In this document: positions 38,404 through 51,175 of the stretch, one piece after another
Layout of the letters: each line of letters opens with the position of its first letter
Position numbering within the stretch: the stretch's first letter is position 1
Program-made: the position numbers and the translations under genes
The notes under the pieces: model-generated
What the model was told of the DNA's origin: nothing
The model's database searches: none
Seen by the model: the letters and a program-made list of their open reading frames with translations, nothing else
Assembly: GCA_021613535.1 (NCBI GenBank)
Contig: CP075497.1
Span: forward strand, 12,958,001 to 13,022,000
Direction of reading: 5' to 3'
Length of the DNA: 64,000 nt
Origin: Adineta vaga
Lineage: Eukaryota > Animalia > Rotifera

Positions 38404-39378
38404 AATTTGTTGTCCAATAACTGTCAATCCATGTTAGATGCTTTATCGATTGAAAGTATTCAAGAGTAGGTAATGATAGGACACATTCATTTTCATACAA
38501 TTATTATTATATTTGTTCTTGTTAATTATCTGTTTGTTAAAAGTTGAAATTTTGTTTGATTTTCTAATCCTCTACAAAACTTTTCATTGTAAAACAAAGA
38601 ATTCGTCTACTGAACATATGATTTAAGTTTAATCACGTTCTTAATACTGGTGAATAAGTATCGCATTGATTGATAAAAAGAAATACTTGCTGGTTATGTA
38701 GCAGCGGAAGTTAATGAATTTTTTGAAACGAAAGGATTTAATGGTCTTAATTGAGAAGAATGAATAGTTTTGTGATGAAGAAAGAAAAAGATCTATAAAT
38801 ATAATTCATAGAAATTTAGTTCAAACAAATATTTCATTTGAACTATTTCTTTTATTATCTTCTGTAATTAATTAAGTATTGACGTCAATTTTACTTGTTA
38901 TTCATCCATAAAGAGTAGTTAGGTTTTGATAATTGTTTTTTTTTGCGTATGTTTAAGGTTTCATTGTAATTATTCAGTAATAAAGACTTATCAAGATCAT
39001 GTTTTTAACGTAGCGAAGAAAGTTTAAGAAATATTTTGAAATGAAAGAACTTAGATGAGAAAAAACCTAAACGTTAGAATTATTCTTACGTTACATATCA
39101 ATGAACCCATATGTGTACTCTATCGTTCTAAGTGTATATGTGTTCTTTTCTTCTTTTTATTCTATCACCATATTCCTCTTTTTCTCGTTTTTCAAGAAAC
39201 AGATTTCAATTACTCAACATATTTCGTTTCACAACATTTTTCACAGATAAAAGAATTAATCAAACTATTCTAATTATAATTGTAGTCTGCTGAACATCTC
39301 ACACTTCACTTATCTAATAAATAGAATGTCGGTATTTATATTCATTACATGTGCGTCAGTTGATTATTTTTTTACAAA

Positions 39379-40296
39379 ATGAATTCTACACTTTTGACAG
39401 TCATGTCATTAACATTGATATACAATGATTCACCATCAATATATACTGAATTATGGTTTATTCCTCTTGATATTCTAGCAATTATAAGTATGATTTTCGT
39501 TATTATTCTTTCGATTGTTTATTTATTTATTATTATCTCGGATAAAACATGTCATACGATTTCAATGATGTTAATTAGCAATACGTGTTTCATTGCATTT
39601 CTAGCTGCTTGTAGTATACTTAGTATGTCGATATTTACACTTCAAAATGATTTAAAACAAATTGAATATCAAGATTCATTTTGTATTTTTCGAGGTTATA
39701 CTTCTTATGTTGTATGTACATTATTTAATTTTTCATTTGTTCTACAAGCTTTATATAGATATGTTACTGTTGTTTATCCAACTTATTTACTTTGGCAATC
39801 AGTAAAATTTCAAATTTTTCTTATTATTTTTATATGGATATTTAGTATTGTATTTCCTTTTCCTTTTACATTTACAAATGAAATAACGTATAATGTTGAC
39901 AATCAAATTTGTCAATTACCTTTTGAATTTTCTTGGCCTATTCTTTATATTGTACATTGTGCTTATTTAATACCTGTTTTGATAATAATGTTTACTTATT
40001 TTAAGTTAGTTCAATATGTTCGTCGTATGAGTAAACGTATTACACCTGTAAATACTTTACTTCGTGCACAAAGAGAATTAAAAATGGTTCAACGTACAGT
40101 TATTATTATAACAATTTTAGTTATACTTTGTTTTCCTTATGCATTATTTATTGGAATATCATTCTTTACTCCACCACCAAAATATCATTTTCGAATTGCT
40201 TATATATTTGCTGATCTATCAATAGTATCAGTAATGTTAGTTTTATGTCAATTTACAGATGTACTTAAAGAATTTTTTATGAAAAGAATAAAATGA
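39379..40296 (+). CDS. Divergent 7TM GPCR, intronless
   Basis: Seven TMs; FCIFRGY, QALYRY (DRY equivalent), QICQ in ECL2, CFPY in TM6. Confidence 0.85.
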   Translation: MNSTLLTVMSLTLIYNDSPSIYTELWFIPLDILAIISMIFVIILSIVYLFIIISDKTCHTISMMLISNTCFIAFLAACSILSMSIFTLQNDLKQIEYQDSFCIFRGYTSYVVCTLFNFSFVLQALYRYVTVVYPTYLLWQSVKFQIFLIIFIWIFSIVFPFPFTFTNEITYNVDNQICQLPFEFSWPILYIVHCAYLIPVLIIMFTYFKLVQYVRRMSKRITPVNTLLRAQRELKMVQRTVIIITILVILCFPYALFIGISFFTPPPKYHFRIAYIFADLSIVSVMLVLCQFTDVLKEFFMKRIK

Positions 40297-40387
40297 AACG
40301 TCAAATACTTTCAACATGAATATTATGGGAAAAAGGAAGAAAAGAAGTCCATTAAACCTATTTTCATATTCTGTATTTTTTAAATCT

Positions 40388-40447
40388 TGAAAGTGCGGGT
40401 GTGGGTATAGAAAAAATATCCTTAGTAATATCTACACTCCTACCTCT
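40388..40447. repeat. Telomere-like inverted-repeat hairpin element
   Basis: GGGTGTGGGTAT...ATATCTACACTC, 12 pairs including three G-T. Confidence 0.6.
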
Positions 40448-40648
40448 CTTACTTTACTAAATGCCTTGCGACGAAGTAGCTTCGTATGAATCTTTGCAAA
40501 CTTTGATGTAGTAAGTTATCTTCATTATTATTCTTTTTTGTATTACGATGTGCTGTAGGTTCGTTTTTGAAAACTTATAACTTTCAGTAAATAATCAATA
40601 AAATACTGTTTTCAAGGTAAGCATCGTAATTCGATTTTGCATCGAAAT

Positions 40649-40800
40649 ATGACCTCATCTACATCACACCGCCTCGCAAAGAATGTCAAAAGACAGTAGC
40701 TAGATGCACTGGTTGCGGTACACAATACTGTACAAATCATTTTCAGAAACATCGACAGCAACTAATTGCATGAATGGAAAATTTATTGCAAATGAGTCAA
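40649..40800 (+). pseudogene. B-box-like zinc finger fragment
   Basis: KECQKTVARCTGCGTQYCTNHFQKHRQQLIA* followed by decayed sequence. Confidence 0.5.
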
Positions 40801-41494
40801 ATGCTGGAGAAACCATTGAAAATCGACATTGTGGAAGACGATAAAATGCGTACGTCGATTCGTATGATTAAAGTAATCAATCGATCTATAGTTACAATTG
40901 CAAGCAGAACTCGCTCTCTCTCTCTTTCAATTACCGATGGCTAACAGTATAATCTATTATCAAGTAATAAACCTTGATATGAAAACATAAGGCTATATTT
41001 ACCACCCTTCTTCTTTTATTTACAATTGGTCTACTAATATAACCTCTAGAATTAGAATATGATCACTTCAAGTCAAGTTATTTATCGGAAAATTTGTTGC
41101 ACGTATTTCAATCGGATTTTTTTGAAATACTTTGATTAAAATAGATTATAAATCTGATATTAATAGCTACTTCGAATGATTTCGAAAATGTTGATCATAG
41201 TCCTGATGTACCGAAGGAAATGGCAAACTATATGAAATTGTCCAACTTCGTAATTATATTTTAGTCGTTTTTTACTTATCCTTCAATTCTATTGTTTTAT
41301 CTTGTGGATCCAATGGAACACTAACTATACGTTCAAAATAAGAGAGAAAATTTCACCATTTGTACAAGAAAATTGCTAAAACATCAAGTTATTTCAATAG
41401 AACGGAACAGATGTTAACTATAAATATATTCATTGAAAAGTCTACTTTAAACTGAAAACGTTCTATCGTATATAGTTGTTTCTCGATACATCTA

Positions 41495-41533
41495 GGTGGG
41501 AATTCATGCTTAACACCCACACCCACACCCTCA
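41495..41533. repeat. Telomere-like element (strong C-rich arm)
   Basis: GGTGGG...ACACCCACACCCACACCCTCA. Confidence 0.6.
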
Positions 41534-41909
41534 TCCAACATCTATTACTCAAATTAATTTTTATTAATGATCGAATTGTGATGATATTCTTTAGGACATC
41601 AAAACAATTGATGTAAATCAAGATGGAAGAGATGAATAATGTCCGACTTATTTTGGGTTTACCTTGTATTGATTAGATTTAATTATGATTGTTGTTGTTT
41701 TTCAGAGAAACAGATATTTATTTAAGTTTAGATCATCATGATATTGATGATATAGTACGATCGATTGACTCACATGGATAAATACTTAAGATGTGTTGTC
41801 TCTATATACTGTTAGGTGGTGGTCTCTACACTGCGTTTCTTTTCTTCATATATGTATTCTTGTTATTTCTTCTCTTCGGTATTTTCCGTTTTCGTTTCTT
41901 CACTAACCT

Positions 41910-41934
41910 ATATATATATATATATATATATATA
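41910..41934. repeat. (TA)n microsatellite
   Basis: About 12 TA units. Confidence 0.8.
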
Positions 41935-42579
41935 TGATATGTGTTTATGGATTTGTCCTTTCCTAGATATAACATATGTTTGGTCATTTCCTTTCTTTCT
42001 TCATGTGTGTCATCTTATCATACGTATCATAACCAAGGAAAAAAAAGATCTATAATAAATAAATGAAGAAGTTCGATACGAATATGATTTTTATCTAACA
42101 ATATATAAGGTATATTCCTTTTAATAACAAGGAATTTTTCACAAATACTTTCTCTGTTTTATTCCTTTTCTGTCCTGGTTTTTTCCTATATACACCCATA
42201 TATATATATATATATGCTGCGTTCTTTCTACACACTTGTATATCCATCTCTCTTTCGATTCATCTTTGTTTCTTTAAATCAATCTGTACAATCTTTTTTT
42301 CTTTCATACGCGTGACTTCTATGGTAGTTATGTGAATCTGTGTTTTCTCTTTAAATGTTTTCATAATAATTCTTGAGTAGTATTACTGTAGTCGAGCTTT
42401 TGAAAACGAGTCAGAAAATCTCGTAGATTTGTATTACTTGTTTTCATATTCGCTGCGTTTCGCATATTTTGTTCGAAATTAGTGTGACACAATACTTTGA
42501 CCACAGTACCAAATGTTAAACTTACATTCTATTTTAGATTCATTGACTAGTACCAGTGAAACAACGATCTTTTGAAATT

Positions 42580-43055
42580 ATGGCGGAAAATACTACATCA
42601 ACAGGTAAATATTATGTTGCCTGAGATTATATCCTGAGTTAATCACAGACATTTGTGTTCTTTCAAAATAGATAATGATCTTAAAAGATCGTATCTTTCA
42701 CTTAGAAGTTCCATCACCAGCTACAAAGAAAATTGAATCTTGTGGTGGCAATGCTTGTATCACGTGTGGTAAATGCTATGATTGGTATCGTAGCGGTCGA
42801 AATTGGAATAAACGTGATGATGCGACGTGTCGTGGTAATATTCGTACTGATACTAATGGTCATCCTGATGGTGGTGGTTCTACTCGTACGTATGTTACTG
42901 ATCATGGATATGCTATTGATTGGAAAACTATTGGTACCACTTCTACTCGTGATGATCATGGTGGCCGTTATGGTCGCGGTGTTTTCACTGTTACTCGTGG
43001 TACTGCTGATATTTCTACTGGTCATCCAAAATTGTGTGACTGTAATACCGAATAA
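42580..43055 (+). CDS. Small Cys-rich protein, paralog of 18670-19112, 2 exons
   Basis: MAENTTST plus phase-1 intron 42605-42705; SCGGNACITCGKCYDWY...ATC...LCDC. Confidence 0.7.
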
Positions 43056-44219
43056 GGTATAGGATCGATTCGAATCAAATATAAATATTTGTTTAATTTT
43101 TGTTTCAGATTGTACAATACAATACAAAGAAAATCGGGCAAATGACTGATAGACATTATTCAGATATTAAACTAGTGAGAGTAACAATTGCGCTATATTT
43201 GTAGTTTTCTGTTACATTTTTTTCTCTTCTCCCTGTTTACTTCTTTTTCTATTGATTTAAAAACAAGAAAAACCGTTTTCGTTCTCCATTATAACACCAT
43301 CGTCTTAAATATTCAATATGTAGAATCGATAGAGCTCGTTAAGCTCTATTCGGAACCAGAGTGGTCACAGTTGGAATACATATCTTACATTGTCTAACAT
43401 GCTATTGCATACAATCGTTTTTATATATTTCATTTTACTGAATATACATTCCATAGTTGTTTATGACACAGAAATTGTTAATATCTCAACAATCATAAAT
43501 ATAATCGTAGGGAATGATTATTTAAAAGGTCAAATTTCGACGTATAAATTCCCTCTTATCATTAAAATCTTCACGTTGTCCTATTCATCGCATAATTATA
43601 CAATCTTTAAATTTGAGCTTTATCGTGAATAGATTCAATCCTTGTTATATATAGGTCGGTATGTGTAAATAATTTTCTTGATTTAGTTGAGCAATTTATT
43701 ACTTTCACGCTTAAGAGAAAAATATGTTGATAAAAACTTAATATAAGAAAATATAATTAATCGGACTTGTTTCATTCCGTTACAAACAGTAATATTGAAT
43801 TAACATTGGCCTATACACATAGCTTTTAGCGAGATAATTTATGAAAATATTTAGTTCACTATGCTGTTAGATTTTTTGCATTATAATATATTAATGTTTT
43901 TATCTCTGTTGATATAAAATATATCTGGATAGGCAAACAGATTTTGTTAAAAAAAAACTAAGAAGCTTTTATTTCATTTCTGCGCATTTATTTTTATAAA
44001 GAAAGTTGAATCTTTAATTCGAAATTGATTAAAAGGTAATGTCACAGCAGAGGATATTTAATTACATTACTTCATAATCTTCTTCGTACGCACCTTATGA
44101 CAATTTGTCTTTTTCAGAAAAGGTCATAATAATGTTCAGTTTTTTTCTTCTTTTAAGAATATTTTTTCTCAGAGTATTCTACAAAATAATCGACTTATTA
44201 TTTTATATTCTTTAGTATA

Positions 44220-45353
44220 ATGTCATCCTCAAACATCAGTATCACAGAAGCTATGATTATTAGACAAAATACTGTTGTATTTATACAAGTTTGGAGCTTT
44301 ATGATGATTATTTTGGGTACCATTGGTCACATAATAAACATTTCTGTATTTACACGTCCTGCACTTCGTTCAAATTCATGTTCATGGTACTTTTTAGCAG
44401 CTTCGATTAGTGGCTTTTGTGTTGTTATCATTAGTACGCCTTTGCGTTTGTTATCGCTTGGATATGGTATAAATATTTTTTCATTTTCATCCGCAGCATG
44501 TAAAATTCTTACATTTATAGTAATGTGGGCTAGGTATTAAGATAGATTTATTTATAATATATCAATTATCTTTTTCTATACATTTTCATAGAGCACAATA
44601 CGCATGGTTTATTGCTTTGGCTTGTGTTGATAGGTGAGTAATGATATATTTCTGAGGATAAATATGAAGAAATATAAGATTAATAATCATTATTTTAATT
44701 TATGTAGATTTCTATGCAGTTCATCTTCTGTCAAATTACGTGCTCTTAGTTCTCCTCATGTTGCTTCTCGTATTATTCCTCTTGCAATTTTAATAGTTGG
44801 TCTCGCTTTTTCTCATTTACTTGTCTATTTTGGAATTACTCTTCCTCGATATGCATGTGCTGCCATCAACAACATTTATCAAGCATTTTTTGGTATATGG
44901 AATTTGTTCGCATATAGTGTAGGTCCACCAATTGTAATGCTTTATTTTGGTCTTCGTACTATTCAACATATTCGACAATCACTTCGGCGCACTGGAGCAA
45001 ATCTAATTCCAAGTCAAAGTCAACGACCACGTCAGAAAACAACAGATCGTCAACTAATTCAAATGATGCTTGTTCAATGTATTGTATTCATTATAACAGC
45101 AAGTCTCCCATCAACACAATACATTTATTCATCAGTTCGATCAAATCTAATCATCGATGATCTTCAATCAGCTAAAGATAGTGCATTTTCCTCTATTTCT
45201 GGATTCGTTTCGCTTTCGGTTCCCTGTCTAGGTTTTTATCTTTTCACTCTATCGAGCAAATTATTTCGTTGTGAAGTTATTAAGTTATTCCTTCCGAAAC
45301 AGAACAATAGGCAATTTGTTACTAACGTTGTTAGTTTATCTCATAGAAACTAA
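44220..45353 (+). CDS. Rhodopsin-like 7TM GPCR, 3 exons
   Basis: LGTIGH..NI.VF, CSWYFLA, ACVDR|FL, DRQLIQM, FYLFTLSSKLFR; introns near 44534-44592 and 44634-44708. Confidence 0.85.
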
Positions 45354-45848
45354 TTGTTAATTTTTCTTTCTAAAATACTGCTTTAATTTCAATCTTTTCT
45401 CCTGTATCTGTATCGTTTGTACATCGTTGTCAAGTGTTGTGTAACACCAATTGTGATGAAAACTATCAAAATCAATAAAAATATCACCGTACTACGTAGA
45501 TTCATCAGAATATATTCAGATTTGAATCGTATAGATTCGATTTTAAGAATAGAATGTTACACTTCATTTGATCTCATAATCAAACTATAAAAGTAATTAC
45601 TTTGATCAAATTCGTGATTATGTTTGGAATAAACAAAATATCATGAATATATTTTAATGAAAAAAAAATGACAGGATTATCTGATTATGTCCGATTATGA
45701 TTTCTTAAAAATAAACATAATTTGATGTTTAGCTCCTGCTCTTTTTTCAGTTAATTCCTTTCTATCTTAATTTCAAAACAAGAAAAATAATTTTTATTCT
45801 CACTAAAACCAAATGTCTTAAATATATGTAGTCAATATGTGGGATCGA

Positions 45849-45891
45849 AGAGGTTGGATGTGAGATGTGGCTGAATAATAATACTCACACC
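45849..45891. repeat. Telomere-like hairpin element sharing its spacer with 50403-50448
   Basis: TGTGAGATGTGGCTGAATAATAATAC is identical in both copies. Confidence 0.65.
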
Positions 45892-46397
45892 ATTTTATTA
45901 GATTTTTGTATATAATAGAATGAAGCAGAATGGACTTTGGAATTCGTGATGCATTTGTGTAATTCTGTATTTGAAAATTGAAAAAAGAAACATTTTCTTT
46001 ATGTATATTAGACAAATTCCAAACATGTAGGAGTATTATTATATATTTGTTTGACAGGTACATTCGAACGAAACAAAATAAATTCATTATGAATATAATT
46101 TTGAATGAAACGGGAGAAGATATTGTATGAGAAAGGCTTTACAAAGACTTCAGTTCTTTTATTTTAATGATAATATGCAAACTGTAGTTGATTGGAATAA
46201 TAGAATTTTCTATATAATACATTATTTCTTTAAGAAGCCAATAAATAACTGATTAAGACGAAGAATCTCTGACTATTTCGGCTCGATGTATAACGATAAA
46301 AGTACATTAATAATAAATTTATATTATATAATTATGTGCATTGATTATTTATTTGTAGACTAAGAAAAAAGTAAAGTTGTATGAAAATTCAGTGAAT

Positions 46398-49300
46398 ATG
46401 AACCGAGGTAACAGAGAATTCCCAAGTTCGTCCCAGCTTACAGGTACACATGATGTTTCAAGTCATGGATCATCCATAATACGTGTTGTGAAATCTTCTC
46501 GTCTTAATAATCAAAATTTAAAAAACAATACAAGATCAACAAATGGAGACAAAGCTAACAAAGTCATTCATATAAGAATTCGATCTCCTAGAAAACTTCC
46601 ATCTGTCGATGCTATGGATGATTTACTTACGGTTTTAGATAATGGGATTTTAACTCTTTTTTTCTATCTGTGTTTTTTTTCTTTTCATAGTTCTCACTCA
46701 GTCGAACTGCTCTCATCCACAAAGTGGAAAAAATCAATCTTCTACGGTTCAAAAGTCGAACAAATCGCAAGCTGTTAATAATACTGAAACTATTCAATAT
46801 CATCAACCTGGATCAGCAGTAAGTATTAAAAAAGACATCTGAACAAAGAGGAACATGCTGTTAGTAATGATATGATTCTCTTTTCATATACTTTTTCTCT
46901 CGAATTAACATCGTTTCTGATCATCCAGTTGCACATGTATTCCGCTAGAAAACTCTCAAAAGCGATACTCCAATACTTCAAAAGAAATCTGGAAGTACGA
47001 TCGAAGTATAATGAAGTAAGGCTGAAATATCATCGGAGTATTAGAGTGTCGCTTTTCCCCTCATGTATCCGAGTGATGTGTTTCTCAAGTATTCGGAGAA
47101 GTCATACTACTTTCTATGTTTTTCATTGCAATAAAATGATTTAAATAATGAACACATAGATTATATTCTTATGAGATACAAATCATATCATTAAAAAAGA
47201 TAAATATTGCGCCTGACAGTCTTTATGCGAACAAGAATTTTTTTCTCATCATAGGTTTATCAAAATTCTTGGAATACTGCTGATTTTCACTTAAATTCAA
47301 AATCTACCATCGTATCCTCAGCAAGTATAGATGGAAAAATAAACAAAAATTCAAAAAAGAATCTCTCAAAAGTATTTTCAAGAAAACCACAAACTTTTCG
47401 ATCAATCCGAGTGCATGAAAACCAGGTATTTTATCATTAAAGCTCCATCTAAAATGTAACATGTTTTCTTAAGAATGTCGACAAGAGTTCGGCATTGGAG
47501 TTTGAAAATTTCGACAATACATCGGTAGGAAATTCTTATATTTATTTTATACCTTCTAATATTTTAAAATAAAGTCGATACAAAAGACTCGATCGAGGAA
47601 AAGAAATTCGAGAGACAAATCTTACGGATTTTTAAATGAAATAAAAACCATCGGTACAAAGAAAAAGTGAGTGAACTCTGACTTCAAGTGTATATCATTT
47701 AGAAACTTCTTTATGTTACTATTTAAGACGGTTTTCTTGCAAGTTCTCCAAGTTACTTGTATTTACAATTGCACTCTTTGCTCTTCTTATTGCTGCAGTT
47801 ATTGCTGGAATTACTACTGGTATTGTTATGACTTTGAAAAATACAACAACAACAACAACAAGTAAGACTTTACTGCAGCATTAATCGATCATTCTATCTA
47901 TTGAATCCTGTTGGAGTTCCACGTGGGAGTATATGAATGTAGAGATCTTACCCAGTTGACTTTAATCTAGTTTTTTAAATGCTTGTACAAGTCTGTCTTC
48001 GATCCATTTTTTGCTCGCTTACAACAGCCGCCACGTTGTGAGACTTCGATCTGAAAGTGTTGAAGTAAGAAAGAGAAACTGAGTCTATTCTCACTGCACA
48101 CATGGTGACAAACGCTTCTGTTATTCACATATCGGGCCAGGAGTAGCGATAAAACTAAAATCTACTACTAAAGTTACATCGTTTAAAATGAAAGAGAAAA
48201 CTTCGCATGAAAATACTACAGTTGAAGTTCATTTATGCATTCTTACTTTAGCCATCATATGCAGTTTACGTTCTCTTTTCTGGTATATAATTAGCAACGA
48301 TACTTCAAAACTGTTTATCACTATCTGAGAAAACTTTTCTTCGGATAAATTATCTTTAATTAGTACTCACCCAATTAGAATTCCTAACTTATCTGTATGT
48401 GCTATTAGTAGAGAGTGCCATGCAGTCTATATGTGTTTCTATTAGATAGTTTCATTGGGTCCTCACGTACTACTATGATTGAATACTCTTGATTCAGTCT
48501 CTTGAAATATTAGTAGCCGTTGTCGTGGGTAAGGGTGGCGTTGTAGATAAGGAACACTTTCACCTTCACCCACCCTCATTCACACCTCATAAAAATTATT
48601 GAAGCGACGCATGCTATCCGTTCTCAATAGCTGCATAACAATATAGGGTAAAAGATCAATACTTAGAAGTAATTCCTACAGGATAGCGCTAGAGAAGCTA
48701 TGTGTGTCTCTATAAAATGGCTATTGAGACTATCGCAGACTCTAGTTAATAGTAAAGCAGATGCTAGTATGAAATGAGCTTCAAATCTAGAGTTTACGTA
48801 GTTTGAAGCTCACTGTTTTCTGATCTCTCTATCACATATTCTAACCATTCATTTAACCTTCCACCAAAAGCAAATATATATGTGTTTGATGAGTTTTGGG
48901 ATGGTAAAATGACTGACATACATTTTCGAAAAATTACAGAAAGCAAGTATTATATAAGTTGAAGAGTAATCGTATTCGGTATTTCCAATAAATTTGAGTT
49001 TTTTTTCTGGATAAAAATTTTAGCTACAACGGCAACAACGTCAGTCACGACAACTTCACAAACAACAGAAACGACGACAACAACCACAACGTCAGTCACG
49101 ACAACTTCACAAACAACAGAAACGACGACAACAACAACAACGTCAGTCACGACAACAACGGTAACAACAACCACATCTACACGACCAGTAATATGTCCAT
49201 CAGCTGTCTGGCATCCAAATGGAACTACAGTTGCCGGATCATCTAATGGCAGTGCCGGTTCAACCGCATCATTATTACGCGGAGTATATGATATTCGAGT

Positions 49301-50204
49301 TGATTCAGCACTTAATGTGTATGTAGCAGATTACTGGAATTATCGTTTCATGAAATGGTCTCCAAGCAGTACATATGGAACAGTAATTGGTCCGAAGCTT
49401 GGTGCCAGTTCGTCTCCAGATACACAACATCTGAATTCACCTACAACTCTATGTTTCGACTCGACTGAATCCAATTTGTATCTATCGGATTCACTCGACT
49501 GCCGTATTCTAAAATTGAATATAGCATCAGGAAATATTACAGTTGTTATTGGTTCAGGTTGTGGTAATGCTTTGAATCAAATCAACTGGTGTGATGGATT
49601 ATATGTCGATCGTCAGTATTTCTAATATCTCTTTATTTTATTTATTTTATTATATATAGGATTTGATAATATTTATGTTGCTGACTGGACGAATGATCGT
49701 GTACTTAAATTTCCTCCTAGCTCAAATTTATCTACAAATGGTGTTATCGTAGCTGGAACCGGCGTGCCAGGTTCAGCCCTCAATCAACTAGATACACCTT
49801 GGAATATTTATGTTGATGAATCTGATAATGATACATTGTATGTTACAGATAGTGCCAATCATCGTGTGATGAAATGGCTTTCAAATGCTACAAATGGAAC
49901 AGTTGTTGCAGGAGGAAACGGTTCTGGATCGTTGTACACACAATTGACAAATCCACACGGTGTTTTTGTTGACTCATTTGGAACAGTCTATGTTGCTGAT
50001 TATGGTAATCATAGAATAATGAAATGGTTGAAAGGTGCAAATAACGGAACGCTAGTCGCGGGTATTTCGGGAAATGCAGGAAACACAACAATGCAATTCA
50101 ATGGCCCTTCTGGAATCCAATTTGATAAGAATGGAGATATGTATGTTTCTGAATATGAAAATAATCGTGTACAACGATTTACGATTAATAATACTTCTTG
50201 TTAA
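46398..50204 (+). CDS. Type II membrane protein with Thr-rich stalk and NHL-repeat beta-propeller
   Basis: TM LLVFTIALFALLIAAVIAGITTGIV (about 47755-47830), intron 47862-49023, Thr stalk, NHL repeats (VYVADYGNHRIMKW, VVAGGNG). The 5' exons are uncertain. Confidence 0.8.
48525..48577. repeat. Telomere-like hairpin element inside the NHL gene intron
   Basis: GTGGGTAAGGGTG...CACCTTCACCCAC, 12 of 13 paired (one G-T). Confidence 0.6.
49035..49158 (+). repeat. 51-bp coding tandem repeat (about 2.4 copies) in the Thr stalk
   Basis: TCAGTCACG recurs at 49041, 49092 and 49143. Confidence 0.85.
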
Positions 50205-50402
50205 AACATACATTTCAAACAATTTCTTTAAAAATATCCTTTTTTTTATCTGACTTCAGTTTTATTTCTACATTTCTTATCATATTATACAAAAAGCTAT
50301 ACGTGTGAAATTTTCAATAATTACTCAATAAATCAAATACATACATTCAAATATATAATTGATTCTTTTTTAACTAAACTTCTGAACAAAAGTCGCATCA
50401 TG

Positions 50403-50448
50403 TTGAGGGTGTGAGATGTGGCTGAATAATAATACCCACAAACACCCT
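50403..50448. repeat. Telomere-like hairpin element between convergent genes
   Basis: TTGAGGGTGTGAGATGTGG...CCACAAACACCCT. Confidence 0.65.
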
Positions 50449-50671
50449 ATTTATCTATATATGGTACATTTTCGAGTAAAAATAACGCAATAAATCAAAC
50501 TATTACACAGTTGACATCGATTAATAGAATTTTGAATCAAGTTTGAATGTGATTTATACAGATGAAATCTTGAAAGTTTGAATTAAGAAGAAATATTCTC
50601 ACACACACACCCTTCATTTTTATAGAATTTGTAAATAATAGAAAAGTTTATGGTATAGTCACGGATAATGG

Positions 50672-51175
50672 TTATGATATAACACATGATGATGATTTTG
50701 AATTGGATGTTTGTCTTTGATTTTGATTATTAAGTCGTTGTGCTATATTTCGCATGGGATTTATATAATAAGTTTGCATCCAACTCATTTTATATGTCAT
50801 GATTTTATTCACTTGACACGATCGACCAGCAATAACAATCGATTGTACAGCTACCAAGTGATTACGAACTTGACTGATTTCATAAAATTTGTTTGTTGAA
50901 TTACCACATAATGCATCAGAATGAAAGAACACTTTGTTGTTGAATACATCAGGACTGAGAGTATAACAAAGAACAACTAATAGGCGAATATCTTCATTAG
51001 ATAATTGTGCCCAATTGTTATAGTTTCGATAACGATTAATATCATTGTCCCTATAATTCACAGCATTACAAGCACAATCGAGATAATACATAAGTCGAGC
51101 TGTATCATTTTGAGGTATATTAACAGAATGTCCGACGTCTTTGATTCCATATTGATTATGTTGAAGATAGGCCAT
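50672..51175 (-). CDS. Uncharacterised 167 aa protein with C-terminal CaaX motif, intronless
   Basis: Clean ORF with TATA-like sequence upstream; ends SSSCVIS. Confidence 0.75.
   Translation of the reverse strand: MAYLQHNQYGIKDVGHSVNIPQNDTARLMYYLDCACNAVNYRDNDINRYRNYNNWAQLSNEDIRLLVVLCYTLSPDVFNNKVFFHSDALCGNSTNKFYEISQVRNHLVAVQSIVIAGRSCQVNKIMTYKMSWMQTYYINPMRNIAQRLNNQNQRQTSNSKSSSCVIS

Noticed and set aside
42714-43127. Overlapping ORFs 42714-43127 (-) and 42733-43062 (+)
   Set aside because: Shadow frames of the low-complexity real gene.
47862-49023. Transposon inside the long NHL intron
   Set aside because: Scattered CTATT/AATAG-type repeats, but no ORF, clear TIRs or target-site duplication.
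48950-49174. Val-rich minus-strand ORF (also 29436-29654)
   Set aside because: Antisense of Thr-stalk codons.
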